This document shows positions 45,809 through 54,820 of a stretch of 64,000 bases of DNA, one piece after another. The position numbers were made by a program, and so were the translations under genes. The DNA is from Myxococcota bacterium (GTDB taxonomy: Bacteria; Myxococcota_A; SURF-8). Numbering within the stretch: the first letter of the stretch is position 1; each line of letters starts with the position of its first letter. The stretch is taken from positions 640,001-704,000 of the forward strand of contig CAXXQS010000001.1 of NCBI GenBank assembly GCA_963674735.2. The letters run 5' to 3'. Below the pieces are notes generated by a model that saw only the letters and a list, made by a program, of their open reading frames with translations, had not been told where the DNA came from and did not search any database.

Positions 45809-47986
45809 ATGGCAGATTGTCGCGTAAAATATGTGTGCATATCTGTTGTTGCACTATGTGTGATAGGGCTGGTTGCCTGCGACAACGACAAAGGAAATTT
45901 AAGTGATTATCGGCGCGATTGCCGTTTGACAGTAGTTTATGAACCGACCCCCGGTGAATCCCCTCCCTTCGATCTCATTGGTGATTTCAATGACTGGCAG
46001 CCCGGTCAAACACGCCTTCGCGACGCCGATGGCGATGGCTTGTACGTCGCGCGTCTCGATCTGCCGCCAGGACCGGTGTTTTATCGTCTGCGTATCAATG
46101 GTGAAGACCGTCTGGATACCGGCAATCCCCTCACCGCATATGATGAAAACGGCGTCGAGCAGTCTTTCGCGCGCATTGCGGATTGTTCGACGCCTGCGTT
46201 GCGTGTCGGCGACGTCGGTGTTGTCGATAGCCGAATCGAGGCCACGGCGGCTTTTCTGCGGGTGGAACTGGATTCGCCGTTGGCCGTTGATTCTGTGCAG
46301 GCACTGGCTCGCGGTGGGGCGGTTCTGGACGTCACGGCGGAGGCTGATCCGGGGACTTTGGTTATACAGGGGGCACTGCCTCTCGGAAAGTCGTGGATCG
46401 ATATCCGCGCGGAAGATAGGGATGGTCGCCCGGCCGAGGTTTCATTTCCGGTCTGGAACGAAGCAACGCCTTTTACCTGGCGCGATGCGGTGATCTATCA
46501 GGTGGTGGTGGATCGCTTTCGGCGCGGTGGTGGGTCGCTCGATGCGTCGGCTTCCATTGCACAATATCAGGGCGGCGATCTCGATGGTGTGCGCGAGGCG
46601 GTGGAAGAAGGCTACTTCGAATCGTTGGGTGCAAACGTGCTATGGCTGTCGCCGCTTTATGACAATCCGGATGGGAGTTATCTGGGGCTCGATAATCGCT
46701 GGTACGAAGCCTATCATGGCTATTGGCCCATTGCTCCACGAACGGTGGAAGCGCGTTTCGGCGGACCCGAGGCGCTGGATCGGCTGGTGGCGGCGTGTCA
46801 CGAGCGAGGCATCCGAGTTCTGATGGATTTGGTTCCCAATCATGTGCATGTCGATCATCCCTATTTCATCGACCATGCCGCCGACGGCTGGTTCAACGCT
46901 CCCGATGGGTCGTGTGTTTGCGGGCGGGGAACATGTAGCTGGGCGGACGATATCGAGCGGTGTTGGTTTACGGAATATCTGCCCGATCTGGATTTTAAAA
47001 ACTTAGAGGTGATCGAGCAATCGTGTTCCGATGCCGTGGCTTGGTTGACACGCTTCGATTTGGACGGTTTTCGCATCGATGCCGTTCCCATGATGCCGCG
47101 TCTCGCCACTCGCCATTTGCGTGACGCTCTGCACGTGGCAGGCGAACTTGGCAACGAACGAGTCTTTTTATTAGGTGAAACTTACACCGGAGCAACGGGA
47201 CATGGAAAAATCCGCTGGTATCTCGGTCCGCAAGGATTGGACGGCCAATTCGATTTTCCACTTATGTGGGTGCTCCGTGAAACCATTGCCCATGGAAATG
47301 GTAATATGATGGATCTCGAAAACATCATTGCCGAAAGCGAAGCAGCTTGGGCCGGAGCGGATGCGCACATGGGGTTGATCGTCGGCAATCATGACGTCAC
47401 GCGTTTTATTTCCGAGGCGGCGGGTGATGATACTTCGGATGCCTGGGGATCGCCGCCGCCGACGCCTTCGAGTTCAGGGGTCTTTGCCAAATTGAGGTTG
47501 GCCTACACGGTAATCATGACTTTGGCCGGGGCTCCGATCATCTACTATGGCGATGAGGTCGGATTGGCCGGGGCCGGAGATCCCGATTGCCGTCGGCCAT
47601 TTCCCAATAAAAACGAGCTTTCAGACCTTGCGCAAGCGTTGCGGCGAGACGTGGGGCGTTTGGCACGTGCGCGTTCTTTTTCGTGGGCTTTACGCGGCGG
47701 AGCCCGGCAGGCGCTCAAAATCGAAGACGATACCTACGTCTATATGCGTCTTGCTCCGGGAACCGATCTGGCGGTTGTGGCTCTCAATCGAGGAGCCAAA
47801 GCGACGCAAATCACGTTTGATATCCCGCCGCAAGCACAGTCGATCATCTCTGACGCACTTGTGGATTTGTTCGGAACGGAGGTCGCTTGGTCGGGGACGA
47901 CAGTCTCCTTGACACTTCCTCCTCGTTCCGCAGCGCTCTTACTTCCTCCCGGAGTGATGGCCAAATTGGAGAATGACGAACCATGA
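45809..47986 (+). CDS. Lipoprotein alpha-amylase family enzyme (GH13) with CBM48-like domain, no EGF stalk
   Basis: Lipobox LVAC; LIGDFNDW; IYQVVVDRF, AYHGYW, DLVPNH, FRIDAVPM, GETY, NHD, YYGDEVG. Confidence 0.92.
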   Translation: MADCRVKYVCISVVALCVIGLVACDNDKGNLSDYRRDCRLTVVYEPTPGESPPFDLIGDFNDWQPGQTRLRDADGDGLYVARLDLPPGPVFYRLRINGEDRLDTGNPLTAYDENGVEQSFARIADCSTPALRVGDVGVVDSRIEATAAFLRVELDSPLAVDSVQALARGGAVLDVTAEADPGTLVIQGALPLGKSWIDIRAEDRDGRPAEVSFPVWNEATPFTWRDAVIYQVVVDRFRRGGGSLDASASIAQYQGGDLDGVREAVEEGYFESLGANVLWLSPLYDNPDGSYLGLDNRWYEAYHGYWPIAPRTVEARFGGPEALDRLVAACHERGIRVLMDLVPNHVHVDHPYFIDHAADGWFNAPDGSCVCGRGTCSWADDIERCWFTEYLPDLDFKNLEVIEQSCSDAVAWLTRFDLDGFRIDAVPMMPRLATRHLRDALHVAGELGNERVFLLGETYTGATGHGKIRWYLGPQGLDGQFDFPLMWVLRETIAHGNGNMMDLENIIAESEAAWAGADAHMGLIVGNHDVTRFISEAAGDDTSDAWGSPPPTPSSSGVFAKLRLAYTVIMTLAGAPIIYYGDEVGLAGAGDPDCRRPFPNKNELSDLAQALRRDVGRLARARSFSWALRGGARQALKIEDDTYVYMRLAPGTDLAVVALNRGAKATQITFDIPPQAQSIISDALVDLFGTEVAWSGTTVSLTLPPRSAALLLPPGVMAKLENDEP

Positions 47987-48363
47987 AACGACAGTTCTAT
48001 TTGATTGTCTTGATGCTGATGTTGGGAGCGATCCTCCTGTTGTCGGTTGCCTGCGGTGATGGTGGGGACGACCCGGACGGCGATAGCTCGGATTGGGAGG
48101 ACGGTGATGTGGACCGGGTGGATGTATGGGATCCCGGAGACTCTCCCGATGGTGACGATTGTGGATATTCAGGTGGATATGGGAGCGATTGCCAACCCGA
48201 GGGCGAAGGGGTCGACTGTACCCGAAACCCTTGTGTGTATGGAGTTTGTCGTACGGTTAACGGCAAAGGGGTTTGCGATTGTTCGACCGGCTATACCGGC
48301 AGATTTTGCGATGCCTGTGCCGAGAGTTACGTGGCGCGCAATCTTGAGTGCGTCCCGGAATGA
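47983..48363 (+). CDS. Small lipoprotein: DGD linker plus a single EGF-like module
   Basis: ATGA overlap with the upstream gene; lipobox SVAC; CTRNPCVYGVC...CDCSTGYTGRFCDAC...C. Confidence 0.82.
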   Translation: MKRQFYLIVLMLMLGAILLLSVACGDGGDDPDGDSSDWEDGDVDRVDVWDPGDSPDGDDCGYSGGYGSDCQPEGEGVDCTRNPCVYGVCRTVNGKGVCDCSTGYTGRFCDACAESYVARNLECVPE

Positions 48364-48399
48364 TGGGGGGGGTGATCGGACCTGTTAACGGTTTCCGAA

Positions 48400-49293
48400 T
48401 CATTTCCGGAAATGCAGTGAATGCTCAAGTTCTTCAGCCTGCTGCCGATTTATCAAACCGCGACTTTGCATGTTTTCAAACTGACTTTGCAGGTTGGGCT
48501 CACTGACGCTTGATTTCCATTCCTGAGCTGTTTCCAACACAACGCTTTTGTCAAGATAACCAGAAATCCACAGATGAATTGCCATTTGAAACGGACTCTG
48601 ACATGCGGTCAAAACAGGTCCGAAAATCTTGTAGTCTGCGGGATTCGTTCCCATACTGAGATAAATATAGATCTGTTTTACGCAGTTCCCAGGGTAGCCA
48701 ACCGCTTTTGCTGCAGAGAGGACATCGGCAATCGTTTCAGGTGGGCAGCCTTCCTGATGCAGAGTATTTTCGAGATTGAAATCGTCCAGTTCGCCGGACA
48801 ACCGGCGTGCATACAGTGAATAGGCCAGCGCGTCCTGTTCGGTATCGTCGCCGATCAATATTTCAGTACACCGTTTAGGCAGGTGTTGGCGTTGATGAAA
48901 CAGAGCTGCCAGCTTGTAGGGCAGCTGCATCTTCAACCAGCGGGGTTTCCGGCGGCGGACGATCAGGTCTTGCCAGTCCTTGAAGGTGATACCGTCATAT
49001 TGCACGCCGTCCAAAAGCATTTTTCGGGATAATGCTTTAAACAGGAAAAGAGGGCTGGCCGTAATAAAATAGAGTGGTGTCAATCCCGGTTCGAAAATGC
49101 GCAATCCCTTTAAAAGAGGCGTCATTCCGATCATTGCGTGCTTATCCTCACCCCATTCCAGGGGAATACGCAGGAGCCCTTTCATTGAGTGGAAGTCGGT
49201 GTCGAGATAGGTTTTATCCACATCGCACGTAACGACTAAGCCAGCATATTCGTCATCCAACAAACGGTGGTTGATGCGTTTGAGGGGAAACAT
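48400..49293 (-). CDS. HAD-superfamily phosphatase, App1/LNS2 (phosphatidate phosphatase)-like
   Basis: Motif I DVDKT, motif II ITASP, motif III K, motif IV IGDDTEQD; TGATG coupling to the upstream gene. Confidence 0.75.
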   Translation of the reverse strand: MFPLKRINHRLLDDEYAGLVVTCDVDKTYLDTDFHSMKGLLRIPLEWGEDKHAMIGMTPLLKGLRIFEPGLTPLYFITASPLFLFKALSRKMLLDGVQYDGITFKDWQDLIVRRRKPRWLKMQLPYKLAALFHQRQHLPKRCTEILIGDDTEQDALAYSLYARRLSGELDDFNLENTLHQEGCPPETIADVLSAAKAVGYPGNCVKQIYIYLSMGTNPADYKIFGPVLTACQSPFQMAIHLWISGYLDKSVVLETAQEWKSSVSEPNLQSQFENMQSRGLINRQQAEELEHSLHFRK

Positions 49294-50279
49294 CAGATCG
49301 ACTTTTCCTTGCCTCCCGGCGGTGCAAGAGTGGGAATAGGCAGGGATTCGTTTGATATGTCGAACACTGGATCTTGCTCCAGTCCGGTTGCCGTGGACAA
49401 AATCTCACTGACCGCTTTCTCTGCAGGATATCGTTTGTGAATGATATTTTGAAGAGCGAAAAGAATCGGGGTTGGAACTCCCGTTTTTCGTGCCACTCTG
49501 GTGCTGGCGTCCAGAGTGCATAAGGCTTCCTTATATCGATCCCCGTCATCTGGGAATTGCCCGACAGCGATCTGGTTGCCTGCTTCAATCAGCGGATGTG
49601 TCTTGTCTGTGAGTGCGGCAGTCACTTCTCCAAGACCGGATAAGCCGGAAAAAGTCGCAGCTTTCGCTCCGGTGACGACCCCGAGGCGGGTCATTTCCGT
49701 CAAGCTGCGGGTTATAATCAGGGCCAGCGTCCCCGAACCAAAACCCAACCTGTCGGCGATGCCCAGCGCTAAGATGAAGACTTGCCCGAGCGCTGCTCCA
49801 AGTTCGATTCCTTCCATGTCGGCATTCTTGAAGATCATGACGTTGGGTGCGGAAAAGAGTTTCTTGGATACCCGTGCAACTTCAGGAAAATGGGAAGCGA
49901 CGACCACGCCGGAAGGTGACGTATCATCAAGAGCCGGTCCGGTTACAATGCCGATTTTCTTTAGGCAGGTGTGTTTGCGAATGATCGTCGAGCTGGTCTG
50001 AAATGAATTCCGGTCTACTTGGAGACCGCGGGCAGTATGCAAAAGTATCTGATCGCCTGTCACAAATGGTGATATGGAAAGCGCCGTAGCTGCCAGTTGC
50101 TGGAAGGGAGTCGCTAATAGAATGACCGCTGAGCCTTCTAATGTCGTTTGAGCGTTAGAAGGTGGATTTTCGATTTCATGCCAATAGGAGACTTTCGCTC
50201 CACCTTTTTCGGCAATGGATGCCAGCGCTAGTCCGAAGGGCGTTTGGCCGATGACCGCGATATGGTTTGGCATGGTCAT
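49293..50279 (-). CDS. GpsA-like NAD(P)H glycerol-3-phosphate dehydrogenase homolog with degenerate active site
   Basis: Overall GpsA layout (VIG..FG.ALA, ARGL, TGP, D..GIELGAAL, LITRSL.EM.RLG, TFSGLSGLG), but key catalytic residues are replaced (see findings). Confidence 0.8.
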   Translation of the reverse strand: MTMPNHIAVIGQTPFGLALASIAEKGGAKVSYWHEIENPPSNAQTTLEGSAVILLATPFQQLAATALSISPFVTGDQILLHTARGLQVDRNSFQTSSTIIRKHTCLKKIGIVTGPALDDTSPSGVVVASHFPEVARVSKKLFSAPNVMIFKNADMEGIELGAALGQVFILALGIADRLGFGSGTLALIITRSLTEMTRLGVVTGAKAATFSGLSGLGEVTAALTDKTHPLIEAGNQIAVGQFPDDGDRYKEALCTLDASTRVARKTGVPTPILFALQNIIHKRYPAEKAVSEILSTATGLEQDPVFDISNESLPIPTLAPPGGKEKSI

Positions 50280-50312
50280 TGTGGTTTCCTTTTCAACTCG
50301 ATCCAGTCAAAA

Positions 50313-51902
50313 TTACGACTCCAGCTCATAGCCCCAAAGGCGATTCCGATAGTAATATAGAAGATTCATATCGCCGACGAACAGACGGTCACCTCGTCGT
50401 TCAAGTACCGGTTTGAAATGATAGCTTCCAAATAGGCGCAAGGCCCGATCAACGACGTCTTGAGCGGACCGGTTAAGCGGGGTTTCCGCGAGCTTGATTT
50501 CCCCCAGCTTTTCCAGATTTCTGAGCTGGCTTAGAGTCTGGTCGGTAGATCGGTAGACTGTGGGCATTGGCAGGGATGCTTCAGCCGCCGTTTGCCGAAG
50601 GAATCGGTAGAAGTCTGGATCCGGTTTGATATCAAGCAGTTTTTGGAAAACCGTCCACGCCAGTACGTGGGTGGATGAGATGACGGAATCGGTGGCGAGC
50701 GACTGGGTAAGCTTACTGGCCAGATCACGTGTATACTGAGCATCACGCATCGGTTCTGAGATGATTTGACCGTCTTGCATTACGTAGCGTTTAAGATCGA
50801 TGGGGCGCCCTGTTCCGTCGATCGAGTTTCCGTGCTCGTCGACCACATTTCCAAAGGGATCAAGCGGTTGTCCGAAATTGAAATAGATACTGGCATCCAT
50901 TCGTACCAGATTTCGCATAAAGGACCAGATGCGGTCGAGCTTGCTGAATTCATCATCTTCAATGATGAATCGGGATTTTCCAGCCTCTTTCAAGTGATCC
51001 TCAATCAATGTTTCCGCTTCAAGAACGAGTTGATAGTTGATCGTGCAGGGGACGATATACACGTTGGGCTTCTGTGACGCGTTGGCAAAGTTGTTGATCA
51101 ATGCGGAAAGTCCGCAGCCGAGCAACCCCAGTTTCAGTTTTTTTTCAATGGCGCCGGAACGGCTGCGTGTGCCGCCGGGAAAAAACAGGTTGTCGTAACC
51201 CAGTTCCATACTGGTGGTGGCGTATTCCTTGAGAATTTCCTTATAAAGCCGGTGCTTTTTACGTCGGTCGACTTTGTATGCGCCCAGGCGCTGCATGAAA
51301 AAACCCAGGAATTTGTTGTAGAACAGATTTAAACCGGCACCGTAGCAAACCGGAGGCAGATTGGCCATGTAGATGGCGTAGCCGGCGATAATAGAATCGA
51401 GGTTTGAGGAATGAGTGGGAACGAAGATGAGGATTCCTTTTTTGCGAAGTCGGTGAAGCTGCTGGATATCACCTCCCAGATGAATGTTGTCGGCCACGTC
51501 GGGTAAATGCGGAAAATGGTTGACTAGCTTCAGCGGTGACAATCCATTTAGCAGGATGCCGAGTGCGCGCGGAAGAATTCGAGTGGAAATGTCGTAAGTC
51601 GGTTGATCGAAGTGGCCAACTATTTCTGAAACATGGTGTCGAATGATTTCCTCTGCGATTTGCTTTTTTTCGCTTTCGCTGGCGCTTTTCATTCGGTTTT
51701 GGAGGTTGTTTAGGTGGCGTCGGTCTTCTTTCGCGTTGACCGCTTGTTGATCGGTATCAAGACGGCGTGTCTCGTAATAAAAAACTTCGTGGACAAGGTT
51801 GTCAAGGTAGGCATTGCGGCTGGAATCTGCACGGGCCAGGGTTCGTTCATATACCCGTCTCGTAACCTCAACGGTAATGCGCTCTATGTCTTTGGATTGC
51901 AT
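50313..51902 (-). CDS. PlsB-like glycerol-3-phosphate/lysophospholipid acyltransferase
   Basis: HX4D motif PTHSSNLDS, GAGLNLF, LGAYKVDRR, FFPGGTRSRSG, KLGLL, IVPCTINY; start may be 51923. Confidence 0.88.
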   Translation of the reverse strand: MQSKDIERITVEVTRRVYERTLARADSSRNAYLDNLVHEVFYYETRRLDTDQQAVNAKEDRRHLNNLQNRMKSASESEKKQIAEEIIRHHVSEIVGHFDQPTYDISTRILPRALGILLNGLSPLKLVNHFPHLPDVADNIHLGGDIQQLHRLRKKGILIFVPTHSSNLDSIIAGYAIYMANLPPVCYGAGLNLFYNKFLGFFMQRLGAYKVDRRKKHRLYKEILKEYATTSMELGYDNLFFPGGTRSRSGAIEKKLKLGLLGCGLSALINNFANASQKPNVYIVPCTINYQLVLEAETLIEDHLKEAGKSRFIIEDDEFSKLDRIWSFMRNLVRMDASIYFNFGQPLDPFGNVVDEHGNSIDGTGRPIDLKRYVMQDGQIISEPMRDAQYTRDLASKLTQSLATDSVISSTHVLAWTVFQKLLDIKPDPDFYRFLRQTAAEASLPMPTVYRSTDQTLSQLRNLEKLGEIKLAETPLNRSAQDVVDRALRLFGSYHFKPVLERRGDRLFVGDMNLLYYYRNRLWGYELES

Positions 51903-52133
51903 CCCCTCGACCTCCCTCGGCACTCGTCTCGCTGGTTGTTCGATCGATCCGGTACAAAGAAGATCCGTTTCTGCTTCCGTCCCCGCCCGTGACTGGGTTA
52001 CCTCATTGTTTTGGCTGCTTGAAACAGTTTAACCAATGCTCGAAGCAAGTGCAAACCGAAATCATTGCTGTATTCGAACGTCGAGATCGAGTGCGTGTCG
52101 GGGGTATGTGTCGGTTGCCGGATTGCGGGCATG

Positions 52134-52176
52134 AAAAAACCCATCGCCTTCCGGCCGATACCGGGAGACGATGGGT
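52134..52176 (-). terminator. Rho-independent terminator after the penicillin acylase gene
   Basis: On the - strand, acccatcgtctcccgg-tatcgg-ccggaaggcgatgggt followed by a U-tract. Confidence 0.8.
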
Positions 52177-52198
52177 GTATGGGCGGAGTTCCGTGAAT

Positions 52199-54730
52199 TT
52201 ACTTCTCGGCTTTTTCCACTTCCACGGGTTTCGATAGGGTGATAACGGCTTTCGCTTTTTCCTGGATTTCTTTCCAATCATAAAGCATCGGGGCGTATTT
52301 CACATTCAACCACATGGGGTGCTGATCTCCGTAATGCGGCGAGGCGGGCCAACCCGATGTGCCGGTATCGGAAATCCAATAGCCGTGATCGATATCGCCA
52401 AAGTCGACAATCATGCGATAGGCCGGACCGGCCAGAGCACGGAACGGCGTTTTGGGGTGCCCCAGATCGAAGTGCGACTTCCATACGGAATCGAGGCCAC
52501 CACCCACCGGGAACGGCGGCAGATTGATAAAATTGGCCAGCGCTTTTTTCGAGCCGAAGAAGTGGGTCATGTGAATTTCGTGCAGTTTTCCCCATTGCCA
52601 ATCGGAGGGACTGTCTCCCTGCTTTTCCGCCAATTGCGCCACTGCACGTTTGAAGGCGGGCACCAAGACGTCCGCGCGCAGCTCAACGTTGTCGCTACCG
52701 CGGTTGTCCCATACCACATGGTCGCTCCGGTCGAACCAGAGATCGGCCACGTTGGTTGAGTAGCGTTGCGACATGATGAAGGCGAAGCCATGCGGATCTA
52801 CTTCATCCATCAGCGCGTGCATGATCGCTTCACGGTACGTAACAAAGAAAACGGCCGTGCTTGCGGAATCAACGGATGCGACGTAGTTCCAGTCGTTCAT
52901 CAGTTTCAGAGCCTGCTGCTCCATCTCGGTGAGATTGGTGGCTTTGTTCAGGTCTTCCAGAATGTGCGGCAGCACACGCTGGGCACGCTTCAGCAACACA
53001 TCGCCTTGAATCTCGGCCATGCTGGTCCAGTCATGCTTGGGTTTGGCTTCAAGCAGTTCGGTAATGCGGTCTACACGATAGGACGGCGCACTGTCGATGT
53101 TGAAGAACATGTCGTTATGTTCGGGATTGATCATCAGATTGTTGCCGTGGGCGAAGAATCCGGATTTTTTAATCGCTTGAGGATTTTTGTCGGGCATCAG
53201 AAAACCTGCCCATTCGTATTTGTCCAACCAGCCGGGAACCGGGAAAGTGCCCAGGTGGCTGGTGCGTACCGGGACGGCTCCGGTTGCGAAGATGGCAATG
53301 CTGCCGTGTACGTCCGCCGCTAAAATCGTATTGGAAAGGGCCGTCATCTTATGTAACGCGCCCATCAGTTCTTCGACTGTTTCGGACATGTTGGCATTGC
53401 GGAAGGCGGCCAGACTTTCGGGGACACCGATGGGATTCCAGCGATAGGTGACCGCCGGGGCCCATTCGGGGAACTTGGTGGGGTACATGTCGTTGAGAAC
53501 CGGACCGTGGATGCTGCGGCGAATTGTGAAGCTCTTTTCCGTAAACTTTTTGCCATCGCGTACACGGATGACATGTTTTTCGAGTTTGTAGTCTTCGGGT
53601 CCCAGGGCCGTGATATAACCGTTGGGATTGTCGGGATCGGGTTTTTCGATATACAGATCGATCACGTCGGCCACGGAAGAGGTGACACCCCAAGCCACGT
53701 TCCGATTGTGGCCGGAGAAGATGTAGGGTAAGCCAGCTACGGTGGCGCCGATGACGTCGATACCCGGTGCTTTAATATGTTGTTGATAGAAGAACGACGG
53801 CAGGAAATGGGACATGTGCGGGTCGCTGGCTACCAGTGGGAGCCCTGAGGCGGAACGGTCGCCACTGACCGCCCACGCGTTGGACGCACCCGACAACCGT
53901 ACGATGGCGTGTCCGAAATTGGTCCAAGCCGCCATCACCTTGTCGGCATCGACGGGGGCGTAGGGCCGGGGTTTGATGATCTCGGCCAGTTCGGGTGCAA
54001 TGGCGGGAAGCAGTTCGCGCGTGACGTCTTTGTCGGGAATACTCATGCCGCCGTGCCAGTATTCGCTATTGTAAATCTGTTCGCCACGTTCGAGCCCCAC
54101 ACTCAAGGCCAATAAGAGCCGTGAGGTTTCCTGGTGCCAGTTGTGGGTGATTCCCCAAGCGACGATGCGGCCAAGGGCGTAACTGTCTTCGATGGTCCAA
54201 GGTTTCGGTTCAACACCCAACAGGCGATACTCCAGAGGCATATGCAATTTCAGAGAGTGATTGACTCCGTCGACAAAAGCCTGCATGCGTTGGCGTTCTT
54301 CGGGACTCAACCCCTTCACGTCTTCTTTGACGGCGCTATCGAAGCCCCAACCGCGCATGGAGAGATCGACGTCGATGGTGGTGCCTGCCAGGACGCCCAC
54401 TTCTTGCTCTCCGAGAAGTTCGGCGACTTGCCCGCGAGCGAAGCGACGGAACATATCCATCCCGAAGAACCGGTCGCGACCCTGTACATAGCCGACTGCG
54501 CGCAGTAGATCCAACTCGTTGCTTGCCTCGATATGTGCTACGCCGATTTCATCGAAGTAGATGGTCGCGACACCCGACAATCCCGGCAAATCGAGATTTT
54601 CAGTTTTATACTCGGGGAAATCCGGGTTCATTTTATAACCGATGAACTCGGTGGCTGCACAGCCTGCAAGCGCCAGGATTGCAATGAGCATCAGTACGCA
54701 TTCAACTAGTCGTTTCCTCGTATTGGTCAT
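52199..54730 (-). CDS. Penicillin acylase / AHL acylase family (peptidase S45) Ntn hydrolase, lipoprotein
   Basis: Lipobox LAGC; GVAHIEA, GYVQGRDRF, beta-subunit start SNAWAV, ASDPH, GHNRNVAWG, SGWPASPHYGDQ. Confidence 0.93.
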   Translation of the reverse strand: MTNTRKRLVECVLMLIAILALAGCAATEFIGYKMNPDFPEYKTENLDLPGLSGVATIYFDEIGVAHIEASNELDLLRAVGYVQGRDRFFGMDMFRRFARGQVAELLGEQEVGVLAGTTIDVDLSMRGWGFDSAVKEDVKGLSPEERQRMQAFVDGVNHSLKLHMPLEYRLLGVEPKPWTIEDSYALGRIVAWGITHNWHQETSRLLLALSVGLERGEQIYNSEYWHGGMSIPDKDVTRELLPAIAPELAEIIKPRPYAPVDADKVMAAWTNFGHAIVRLSGASNAWAVSGDRSASGLPLVASDPHMSHFLPSFFYQQHIKAPGIDVIGATVAGLPYIFSGHNRNVAWGVTSSVADVIDLYIEKPDPDNPNGYITALGPEDYKLEKHVIRVRDGKKFTEKSFTIRRSIHGPVLNDMYPTKFPEWAPAVTYRWNPIGVPESLAAFRNANMSETVEELMGALHKMTALSNTILAADVHGSIAIFATGAVPVRTSHLGTFPVPGWLDKYEWAGFLMPDKNPQAIKKSGFFAHGNNLMINPEHNDMFFNIDSAPSYRVDRITELLEAKPKHDWTSMAEIQGDVLLKRAQRVLPHILEDLNKATNLTEMEQQALKLMNDWNYVASVDSASTAVFFVTYREAIMHALMDEVDPHGFAFIMSQRYSTNVADLWFDRSDHVVWDNRGSDNVELRADVLVPAFKRAVAQLAEKQGDSPSDWQWGKLHEIHMTHFFGSKKALANFINLPPFPVGGGLDSVWKSHFDLGHPKTPFRALAGPAYRMIVDFGDIDHGYWISDTGTSGWPASPHYGDQHPMWLNVKYAPMLYDWKEIQEKAKAVITLSKPVEVEKAEK

Positions 54731-54820
54731 CGTCTCAAACTCCTTTCAACGGGAATTCATCACACAGTGTATCTGTCACAAAATCCTGTTTGCATGATCA
54801 GAAAAATCAAGGTCAACACC

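Noticed and set aside
48365-48372. G8 run after the EGF-only lipoprotein
   Set aside because: It lies after the stop codon, between convergent genes; no evident effect on coding or on a promoter.
49293-50279. Calling this gene gpsA or a pseudogene
   Set aside because: Catalytic residues are missing, so the symbol would over-claim; the frame is intact and coupled, so pseudogene is not supported either.
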